Origin: Octopus bimaculoides
Taxonomy: Eukaryota
Length of the DNA: 45,665 nt
Assembly (NCBI RefSeq): GCF_001194135.2
Contig: NC_068987.1
Coordinates: 48,393,134 to 48,438,798 of the forward strand
Direction: 5' to 3'
Shown: piece by piece, positions 24,601 to 36,600 of the stretch
Layout: each line of letters begins with the position of its first letter
Numbering within the stretch: position 1 is the first letter of the stretch
Made by a program: the position numbers and the translations under genes
Notes under the pieces: model-generated
What the model saw: the letters and a program-made list of their open reading frames with translations, nothing else
The model's database searches: none
Told to the model about the DNA's origin: nothing

Positions 24601-27600
24601 TTCTTTCTCAAACATTTTACCTAATTCAACCTCCACAAATTAATGTGTGAAAAGCAAAATAGAAATTTTGAAAGAAGTCTTTACAGAACTAGTTTTTAAA
24701 CATCAAATAGCTTGGGTGTGAGTCCACTAGAATAAAATAGAAATGAAAGGATCCATAGATAAAAAAAAATGGTTGAGAACCATTGATCTGAAGGATCTGA
24801 GAAATATTTGCTCACATATGTAGAAAAAGAAAAAAAAAACTATCAGAGATAGAAGTAAAAACCCCAGACTGAGAGCTAATGCTGGAAAGACAGAAATCAC
24901 AGTAGTTCAACATATAACAACCCTAGTTTTGTCATGGTTGGAAATCACAAATTGAACAAAGTGAAAGGTTTTATATATATCTAAGAGGCATGCTGTCTGC
25001 AAGTTGAAATACAAAGAACATCAAAATAAGACATGAAAAATTGAGTGTAGCCTGCAAACATTCAAAATTTTATCTAGAAAGCAAAGTCTCAGTTCAGACA
25101 TATTAAGCAAAGAATATTCAATAGCAACATCAAATCCATCCTGCTATGTGGTGCCGAGTAATGGCAACTGAACAAATATATTTAGAAAGCCTCAAAAATT
25201 CATGAACAGGTACCACAGAAACATCTTAAACATTAGGTATCCAGAGATTGTGAGTAATATAGAGCTCAAGGATAAAGCCAAAAAAAGAGTTACTGACCAA
25301 CAAATTGTGACATGTGAGATGAATATGACATATAGTAAGACAACCAAAGATGACCATATGAAAGAAAAATACAGAAGAATGTTGTGAAGAGCTTCTGTTC
25401 TGCCAAGAACCCAAACAGATCATTATGATGATGAACATAGATTTGATGAGGGTACAAATTTAGATATATACAAGACTTGTTAAAGAAGGCAATTTACAGA
25501 AGAATGTTTTATTCCATTGCCCTACTGAAGTATGAAGACATGAAATTCATGAAAACGATCAGTATGTTATTATTGATATGTTCTTATCAATTTGGGTTCA
25601 GAGAGCATCACACTGCTGAAATGTGCTTCATTAAGATGACTTCTTCATTACAGTCAATAAATTAAAAAATTACAGCCTGGTGATGAGTCAACGGATCATA
25701 GTTTTTGTCAGCAGAATGTTTCTGGTACTCAGTAACTCTTAACAGATTACTTCAGCTAGTTACAAATAGGTATGAAAGCAGTAAACACCCGAAGCACTAC
25801 ATAACTAATGCAAATTCGAGGTGATTAATTCAAATCCTTCTATGGAATGTTGAAATGTGATAAATTGGCAAATACCTACACATAAATGTTTCTCAACAGC
25901 CCGAATGTTGTAAATACAGAAAGAACCTCAAATACAGCTTACACTATGTTGAACAGTCACTTTATAAAGGTCACACATACATACTTGTGGAGAAAGGTAC
26001 AGTTAAAATTAGTTATAAACATAAGTCAATACTCTTAGGCTGATCTCTATTACAACTACAATTAACACTGCCACTCTTATCTTCTTTAGTACATAAAAAA
26101 CTCAGTATTAATTCTTTAGCATTTGAACCAGCTATATCCAACCAAAATATTCTCTGTTTTTTTGTTCAAACTGGCTAGATTTGGTCTCTCATACCTACCC
26201 TACAATGTCATTCTAAAAATAAACACATCAAAATCTCAAAGCTATGAGATAATGCATGCAAATAAATAAGTATTACATTTGACAGAATAATCTGAATGTT
26301 AAAGGGTTAAACATATTTATTTATAAATTCTGTCCCAGAAATGAAGCTTTCTAGAACATTTTCCTACCTATATTTTCTTTCCCCAAACTGATCAACAGAA
26401 GTTTAAGCCAAAATAGCAATTTTATTAGTCTGGAAGGCTCACAAACTTATTGCCCTTCTTTCTCAGCTTAAAGAATAAAAAAAAAGACAACTGTCCTAGA
26501 GGTGTACCAGGTTCACTCTGACCTAGTGATTTGTTGATTAAATCACAAGAAAACATTAGATCAACTCTCATTTCTACACAACTTAAGTCTAGCTACATAC
26601 ATATACAGAAATTTCTGATTTGCTATCTGGGTGCACATTTAACCTACCAGGGTTAAACTGTCCAGGAGGAAGAGAAATATGTTGTTCATTGAGTTCATGG
26701 CAAATATTTGCATCAACTTTCTGCTATCAACTTTTCCAAAACGTGTGGCTGGTCTTACACAAGCCTTCACTACTGAAAGCAAATCATTCGCATAAGTAGT
26801 CTGATAATTGACTGTTGGAACCTCAAATGTCAAAATCAGTGAGAGAACCCACTATATAAACATCATCAGATACCAACTATATATGTTATTTTGTAAATAT
26901 AGTTATAAGTTTTCGTTTTATATATTAACTATGGAAAATAGTCTAATATGATGGGAAAAAAATGGGGATTAGTACATGTGGGATTTATTATTATATATAC
27001 AAAATTTTCACTTGTCACCATTTAACTTATGCAGGATGCATACATCAGAATATTATATTGGGAGATCCCAAGATCAATAAACTAAAGAAAATTTTTTTTT
27101 AGTAGAGATGAAAATTTTACTAATTTTACTATCTATTTAGAATATTAAGATTATATTTTGTTTTTAAGCTTGTGAATAAGAAAAAAAGAAAGGAACTAAG
27201 AAATCAAAATAAAAATATTATGAAAGTTGTTTTTAAAATATTAAGCTAATTAGTAGAAACATAAAAAAACAGTTTAATCAATTGAAAACTGACAAAAAAA
27301 AATTAAGCAAACATATATGTTCACATTATGTGAGTGCATTGTGTAGACACACAAACACACAATTTTTGGAATTTAGAAACTTAATCACAAGACTTGCTTC
27401 TATTTCTTCAAAGAACGTTTGTGTCTATTTTTATATAATTTTGAATGTGTTGGAATATGTAAAACAGAAATCTAAGTATAGTAATAGAAATGGTATAGTA
27501 ATAAAGGTAAAAATTGAAATGATCCCAAGAAATTTAAGACAAAAACCAACTTCCAAATAATTACTGTATTAATCTCATAGAGACATTAGTGAATAAAGCA

Positions 27601-30600
27601 TCATGCTAATTTTTGAAATTTCCTAGAAACCTTATTGTTGCAAAAACATATTGTCACAAGACCAAGAATGTGAACAAGACCATGCATGACTATGTGTGAG
27701 CACACACACCAAGACACCAATATCTTTAGTACTGTTTGTTGGTTATATTTATAGTTATTCCTTAAATGAGGTTGAATAACACAGAATGCTCTTCAAAGAA
27801 ATAAGAAACTTTTGAAGAAATTGCAAATTTGGAGACATCCTAGAAAGTTTCAATTCAAGCCATACGAAGTTACACATGAAGTAATTCTCAAGATTACTCA
27901 GAAACATTACAAGAAAAAACAAAAAAACAAGCTTCCATTAGCATTAATTCTTAACAGTTTCAAGATTTTGTCAGAATATTTTTAGTCTTAATAAACTGAA
28001 ATTATTAAATTAAAATATGCAGTAAAAGCCAGGAATTAATAAACAGTAATGATACATGCTGAAGATATGGCCAAATGTTGAAATAACATGCAATATTTTT
28101 AACATTCAAAGATGGCACACTGCTTACCTTCAACTCTAAAGCTTCATTTCTTGCTAACCTCTACATTAGAAGAAATAAATGCTATTTAACAGAATGTGTA
28201 TATATATATAAAAAAAAAAAACCATTCAGGTTTTAATAAATTTGTTTGAACAATTTCATATCCAAATGCTTCTTTTTTGATCCCATACTTATTAACACTT
28301 TTTTCTGGAAATTGTTTACAGGATGATGTCAATTTAGCTGAATACAAGAATAATAATTGAAGTTTAAATGTCTGTATGAAAAATGAGTAGGGTTAATTAA
28401 AAACAAACCAATATTAAAATTATAGTCAAAAACAGACAGAAACTGATACACTTGTATCTTCTCTTTTACATTCTTTGTGTTTGTTTAGGTTGAAATATTA
28501 TATTTAGTATAACTAATTTATTAAACAGAAAATTAATTTAGTATAACTAAATTTTCTGTTTAATAAATCTTTCAAGACCACTGCTGCTGACGGCATTTGA
28601 AACTATCAAAATAAAGTTATTTTAACAGATTAAAGTTCTCAGCTTTTAGTATTGTTGTCATCATGTATCATACACCTGCAGTGCATTGATGACCCAATAA
28701 AAATCTCCAGCTGCTTTGCCACTCTTGTCCAGCCAGTCCATGATATTGCCCAGCCATTGCATTCTTTGCATGCCTTCTTGATCTACTACCCTCTATTCTT
28801 CCTTCATTGGTAATGTTTTCCAAACCTCTGCTTCTTCGAATATGGTCACAATAGATGAGCTTTTGTTTTTTCATAATATTCAGCAGTTGTCTTTCATTTT
28901 TATGTTGTAAAACTCATTCATTTGTTTGATGCTCCTTGTACAAGGCTTCTAACATTTTTCTATACACTCGCATTTCAAATGCATTGATTATGTTCTCTAC
29001 AAATCTGCTCAGAGTCCATGCTCCACAACCAACCATAAATACCTATTAGTTGCTCACACCAGCTTTGTTTTTGGGACACTTTTGTTGCTCCAGATGTTAT
29101 TGACCTTTTCCATGGATGTTTTGCTATGGCTGGCTATGTCCTAAATTCTTGTTGTTAGCAGCTCTAGTAATAACAGCTAAATACCAAAATAATTTCAATA
29201 TTGATTGCTTCATTAAGTGCAAACTTAATGGAGTTGGAGGTGTAAAACATTTTCTAATAAATTGCAAAGAAATAACGTTGACAGCTCTATCACATTTGTA
29301 GGAAAGAAATAAAATAATTAATAAAATGAAGTATCATATTTGTGCATATTAAATAAAATAATGGATACAATTTAAACATTCAGGAAATAGCCAAGTGTAA
29401 AAAGACTTACTCTGAGTTGGTATGAAGCGTGTAGACCTCCAATCTTTCTCCAGAAGTCAGTATCATTCATACCCTGTTTTAGCATCACTATTTCAGCTTT
29501 GTTTTTTCTTTCATTTTTATTGATTTTCTCAGCAATTAACCTATTAATGTGAAAAAATAAAAAATAAAAAAAGGCCCAAATGTTCTAAAAAGATAACACT
29601 TGTTTTATTCTAGTGTATTGAACAAATATTTCAATACTGCAAGACAAAGAAAATTACATTCCAAAACAAGTTCTGGTCAACATTTATTAGAAATGTAAAT
29701 AAAATGCAGTTTCAATTAGAATACTAATTTCTTTTCATTAGGGACTGAAATGATTTTAACAAGGTGAAGGCTCTACTTCACTAGTAGTTAGCACCACAAG
29801 TTAGTGAGACAGAGAACTAGATATAGTAAATCTTCCTGTTCTTCATTTGAACTTCCTCAGCCATATCTACAGTCATCAACAACATCATACATATCGATTC
29901 AAGATTTTAGTTTTTAAGGTGAGATAGGCAAATTCTTTTAATAAATGCATCCTTTTTTTAACAGTAAGCAAAAATTTAATTGCTTCCAAAATTACTTTAT
30001 GCATAATAATGAAATAAGTTTACCTGGTCTTTGTTTTGGTTACACCTTTTGCTTTGTGGCCCTCCCAAATATAAATAGTGAGACCAGTATCAAACAAGAA
30101 TACAAAGCGAGGATCTAATGCAGTAGCATTCATATCACACTGTAGTAAAGAAAGAACAAAAAAATATGAAAGAACAAAGAATATGAAAGAATAGAGAAAC
30201 CAGATCAAATAGAGAACATAGAATACATGGAAAACTTTGAGAAACACTATCTTGCTATCAAAACCTTGTACTAAATACTTTGCTCAAAGCTCTCCCTCCC
30301 CATATTTTCTTGCTTCCAGGTAACTTGACAATACACCTTGCCTCAGAGGCATGGAAGATACAAGTACCAACCTGAACATCTGATGTAGGGACATCAACAA
30401 TTTGGGAGAAAATTCTCTCTCCTTTTTGGATAAATTAAGTGGAAAAAAAAATTAAGACATATAATTAGAGAATCTAAACACTTAGTGTCTGTCTTTCTTG
30501 CTGACATGAGTTGGATTGTTTGACAGGATCTGACATGTCTGAGGACTGCACTGTGCGCCAATGTCTGTTTTGGCATGGCTTCTATGGCTGAAAGCCTTTC

Positions 30601-33600
30601 CTAAAGCCAACCATTTTACAATGTGTATTGGATGGGCTTTTTTTTTTCATGCCACCAGCATTAGTGAGGTTGCCATGTAGTTTGCAAGATTTTGTTCATT
30701 TTCAATTTTCTAATAAAAACATGTCCAGCCATGAGAAAATATTACTTTGAAATCAGGTGAGGGTTGGAGATAGAAGGACATGTGATTGCAGAAAATTTGC
30801 CTCAACAAAATCCATCTGATCCATGCAAGCACAGAAGAGTGGACATTAAAATAATGAGGACGAAATGCAGAAAAACTGAACACTAACACATTTCATCTGA
30901 TTTATCTCAATTTACACAACCTAATAATGGTATAAATAATTTCCCAGATTAATGTAAATTAAAAAAAAAAAAAAAATTCAATTCACTTACTCGTTCCAAA
31001 TGTAATTTTAAAGTTCCTGATGCACGATACAGTTTTCTATCGAATCCCTGAAATAAATACAGTTTTGTTACCAAAGATGTCTTTTTTTAAGAAATATAGA
31101 CATAACAAATTCTTATAATTTCAACCAGAGCTAAATGTCATCATCATCATCATCGTTTAACGTCCGCTTTCCATGCTAGCATGGGTTGGACGATTTGACT
31201 GAGAAACCGGATGGCAACACCAGGCTCCAATCTAATTTGGCAGAGTTTCTACAGCTGGATGCCCTTCCTAGCGCCAACCACTCAGAGAGTGTAAACTTGT
31301 TATATTGACTATTACAATTTACTTGTATTTAACAAATTTTTCTTGTTACAATATTAAATATTTCTATTTGACATTTTTACACGTCTTCCAATGTTTCTGT
31401 AAATGATGACATTTTGCAAGAATACTGTTATGCCGTGCATGTACACGTTCGGTGTAAGAATAGTACTAGCCACTAAATATTTGGATATGGTTATCTACAA
31501 TAACCCATTGCAGATTATTTGTCCACACAGAATGCACTCCATACTGCTCCAACATAGTTATGATATTAAACTAACACAGTAACCAATACAGACGATCAAC
31601 CCTGTCAACTTCCACTGACAGTTCATGCAGTTCTTTATTTATTCAAATCCATTTAGTAAACTTTCAGTCATGTGGGGGTGTACAGGATTCTCCCATGACA
31701 AATACTTAAGATGTTATCTTTAGAGCCAGCCATCTTTTCTACATACTGGAAGTGGCAGTTCTTCCCAGCAATTTTGAGGAGAGAGTACAAGTCAATTCCA
31801 CTGGCCAAGTACTTGACTGGTACATTATTTTATTGTCTCTGGAGAGATGAAAAACAAAGTTGAGCTCAGAACATAGGAGCTAAAAGAATATAAAATAACC
31901 TGGTTCAACTGAAAGCAGAGTAATTGGCCTTGCTTTGAGGCAATCATAATGATGTGTCTTGCTTCCAGGTAACTTGACAATACACCTTGCCTCAGAGGCA
32001 TGGAAGATACAAGACATAAAATCAAATGTGGTTTTGACAAGTAAGGTAAAATGTGCCTTGTCTAGGGACAAGAAGAAGAACATGACTTCTTATAATAGCA
32101 AATTTTGTGCTTTCAGTGTGAAATGAACTATATAATATAAAGTTAAGGGAAAATGTGTTTATACAGAAAAATATAGAATGTATCTTCAGACACAAACATA
32201 ATTAACTGTATCTTAAATATTTTTGTTCTAACAAGAAATGTTAAATGTGTCTGACCTGGAGTAATTTTAGCTTATCTAGAGTAAGGAGATAAATAAATCA
32301 CATTACATTTATTTACTTAGATGAATTAGATGAATGTACCTACCAATGTTCCCTTTAATCAAAAAAATTTTTTTGCTGTGGGTGTTCACAGAAATTTACT
32401 TGTGTGCAAATTTTATCTTTCTTTGCAAAACATGTGCACAGCTGTACAAGTAACCATCTTCAGTTAAAAACGAAATTTGATTTTATCTAGAAAAATCTTG
32501 TGAGCAGTGTTTTTTTCCCTTTGTGTGCTGGTTGTAATGTATGTGTGCTCCAGTCCACTTAGTTGTAAATGGGTAACCCTATGATGGACTAGCATTCCAT
32601 TCAGGAAGAATGATGGCCAGTCCACATAGCCTCTAGAGTGTCATCATGCAAAAGCTAAAACAATGCAAGGAAGTGCATTGTGACCAGTGACATTTCACAA
32701 CATCTGGTAGCCTGGTCGATTCAGTTTAATATATGTAAAATTGTATGTAATAAATATATTGTAAATAAGCTTCACTGTACTTTTAGAAGACTTATAAAAT
32801 CATACTCACAATATCTTCAACTGTATAAAAACCACTAGTAGTCCTTCCCCCATCAATGTACGAAATACCATTCTCAAATAAATCTAAGAAGTCATCATCT
32901 TCTTCATTCATCTCTTCACGAATGGTTCTTGTTTCGGCTCCAAGCAAATTTCGAAGGTTCACAGCATGTATGGCAGCACAAGCTCTTTTGTCAAGCTAAA
33001 TTTAATGAAACAAAAGGGGGAAGAAAACATCAATAAATAGCAAAGATTTACTTAAAAATTAGATCATAACAACAAATATACTTAATGGTTAAATATCTAA
33101 TATATACATTCATTGAATTTTCACTTGAATTTAAATCAAGTTAATTTGTTTCAAGTGGTTTTTCATTTAATAAAATTGATGAGAGTTGAAATTTTTTGAA
33201 AAATATCTAAGCCATATATACTTTGATATGATATACTTACTGGAGCTTTATCACCAATCCAATAATAAATTTGCCAGCTTAATGTTCTATTTTCTTCAAA
33301 GAATGTCCATAATATAATATAACAGTCAGCTTCATAAAATTTACCAATTAGACCTATGCAAAAAAAAAAAAAAAGTATGATTCACTTGGTAATTGCCACA
33401 CAATGAAATAATAATAAACATTTAATTAGGAAATTTTATTTGTTATGTAATGCAGAAAAAAAGAATTTATAAACAATTTCACTAGCTACCATCACTATGT
33501 TTTCATAAATAAAGCCAGGCATAGTTGTGTGGTTAAGAAACTTGCTCCCCAACCATGTGGTTTTGGATCCAGTCCCACTGCATAACAGCTTGGGTGACAG

Positions 33601-36600
33601 TCTTCTAATATAGCCCCAGAGCTTGTGAGTGGGTTTGGAAGACAGAAACTGAAAGAAACCTGTGTGTGTAAACTTACCTTTATTTTGACATCACAGGATG
33701 ATTGCAAACAAGTGTCAATATCATACAAGTACTATTGCTTTTTTTTTTTTTTTTTTGTGAAAAACATTTCTGGCAAACAGGTGAAGGTTAGTAACAGGAA
33801 GGGGCATTCAGCTAGAGAAAATCTGTTTCAACAGATTCCATCTAACCCATGCAAACATGGAAAAGTGAGCATTAAAAAGAAGTCATCTACCTTAATTACA
33901 TGACAAAACCTAACTGCACAATAATTTTTATTTCAGCTACAGTCGAAACATTACCAAATCAGGTGAGAGATATTTTTCTAGGGATGGAATAACCAAAGAG
34001 CTTATTAATCAGGGTTACCAGTAATATAAACCTCAGCCAAAACCTCAAAGCTGGAAAAACTACTGCTAGTATTGTCACATTCAAGGTCATGGCACTGCCA
34101 CATTTCAGGTCGTGGCGCTGCCACATTCGAGGTCATGGCGCTGCTACAGTAGTGACCATGGCACTGCGACAGTTGCAGTAGAAGTCGTAGCGCAGCTACA
34201 GTAGAGGTCATAGCGCAGCTACAGTAGAGGTCGTAGCGCTGCTACAGTAGGGGTCGTAGCGCTGCTACATTGGAGGTCGTAGCACTGCTACATTACAGGC
34301 CATAGCACTGCTACAGCAGAGGTCGTAGCACTGCTACAGCAGAGGTCGTAGCACTGCCACAGTAGAGGTCATAGCACTGCTACAGTAGAGGTCGTAGCAT
34401 TGCTACAGTAGAGGTCATGGCAGTGCTACAGTTACAGTGAAGGTCATAGCACTGCCATAGTAGAGGTCATGTGTCTGCTACATTAGAAGTCATGTCACTG
34501 CTACATTAGAAGTCATGTCACTGCTACATTAGAAGTCATGGTACTGCTACATTAGATATGTGAAGAGCTACAGTGCTGCAATTCATACTTTTAACATACT
34601 ACTTTGACAAACAATAGCCATAAAACTGATGATCATGATGAAAATATAGTACAATCAGCAACTCTCTAGAACATTTTACAGCTTCAAAGAACTGATTAGA
34701 ATTTAGCAAATACATCTCTATTTTCCAGCAAGAGAATATTTTCAAATCTCTCAAATGTCTTCAAATGAAATCTATCTACACAGAAATATTCTCTTTTTAA
34801 AATAAGTTCAGTTACAACAAAATAAAAATAATAATAGATTGGCTTTTTGAAAGGAATTTTATTATTAATTCCTGATGTTTGAATTTGGTAGAAACATTCT
34901 TAACAGATCATTCCACCAAAATTGCTAAACCTCCATAAAAAATGTTCCAAATATCTTCTTTTTTTTTTTTCTTTATACAAAGAGTTTGGGCAAGGGCCTT
35001 CTACCATAGCCTTGGGCTGGTCAAAGCTTTGTGTGTGGATATGATAGACGGAAACTGAAGGAAACCTGTTGTGTGTATATATATGTATGTGTGTGTGCAT
35101 GCACACACCCACTCAGTAGAGAGGTTTTGTTTTGTGAGTTACTTGGTGACCTCACTAGTGCCAATCCCACAAAAGATTACACCCAATACAATGGATAAAA
35201 TGATTAGCATCACTAAGGGCACCACCCTTAGAAATCTTGCCAAAGCAGACAGTGGAAACCAACACAACCCTCAGATTAGTCGAATCTAGTTGATCCAACT
35301 CATGCCGGCATAGAAGACATATGTTAAATGATGATGAATGTAAAATATTACTCACTATCTTCAACTTGGTTGGGGAGGAAATTTTCTATTTCCCAACAGG
35401 TTAAACCTGAAAAACAAAAAGAAAGAATATCTCTCTAAACCTTTCTTTTCTCAAAGAATACTCTTGAAATTTTCAAAACATTGATATCAGTACATCAGGT
35501 GTGGGGAAACTTTTTAGTGTGGTGGGCAAAAATTTCCAAAGAAAAAGGTCAGTGGGCAGACCACAAATTCTGACTCTTGTATCTGTGTAAATCTTGTATA
35601 TATCTATGTATAATTTGATATACATTAATAAAGATAAGTTTAATACATTAAATTAATGCATAACATCTTCTTTAATACTGCCACTGAATTTAGGACATTT
35701 ATATTACGAATGAAGTATCCTATATTTTTCAAAATGTACCTATCCTAACGTTAGAGAAATAATAGTCAAGCACAGACTGAATTTAATTTTGAAAAATTAC
35801 ATTAATATCTAAATAACATTATATGCAAATGACATATTTAAACAAAGTGATAATTTTATCCTAGTGATAATTTTATCAAAGCTAATTAACCTTAACTTTA
35901 AAATTTGGTTTTGTTTAGTGAAAAGGATGAAACTGCTTTTTTTTTTTTTCCTTCTTTTTTTTAAAAGTTTAGGAATAGTACATCTGAAGAAACTGCTATT
36001 CTTAGTTCATTACTCAGGTTTTTTTCAGTAAGTCTGGTATGAAGACAATTTTTTGCATAATTCAATTTGGAAAAAAACTGCTCACATAGACAAGTTGTCA
36101 AAAATTGAGATGCGAATTTCAAGACATTTTTATGTAAAGCAGGGAATTTCTCAGGATTGATGGGTTTGTAGAAGTCCAATAAAGAGGGATTATTATATTT
36201 TGATTTTATTAAGTTATCCGACTGCAAATCAATTAATTCTAATTGTAAGGAATCCGGAGCCTCCTCAGGAGGCACATTAAATGGTGTTTCAAAAACATGT
36301 AGTTCGATTTTATCTTGTATTTCTTCAAATCTACTTTCAAATTTCTTCAAAAGACTTTCACACTCATCAGAATATTCCTTTGTTGATTTGGGATTTTGTT
36401 CACTCAATTCCAGAAAATGTGTGTGAAACACTTTCTTTTCAAATGTATGACAAATAAATAAAGCATCAACTCAAAGCTTTTGATATGAGAAAGCAAACTG
36501 GTTATTAGCCGATTGGAGCCTTGTAGTTTCAAGTTTAAATTATTTAAATAACTAGTTATATCTACTAAAAATGCTAAATCACTTCGAAACTTTTTATCTT

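Noticed and set aside
25560-25700. CR1/L2 RT fragment ([19 protein letters not shown])
   Set aside because: Only one short motif matches; too little to annotate with confidence.
26835-26872. Box C/D snoRNA (UGAUGA..CUGA on the FLII strand)
   Set aside because: Only about 23 nt between the boxes and no downstream D box or terminal stem.
31950-32060. H/ACA snoRNA reading of the 57-mer (ACA follows the stem in this copy)
   Set aside because: The ACA is absent in the other copy, and there is no convincing 5' hairpin or properly placed H box.
34079-34550. CRISPR-like array
   Set aside because: Units are contiguous with no unique spacers, the context is a eukaryotic intron, and there are no cas genes; it is a minisatellite.
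34620-34660. Second hammerhead (CTGATGA..GAAA)
   Set aside because: No stem II pairing and no stems I or III. Similar failures at about 4069 (+) and 36367 (-, inside the transposase).
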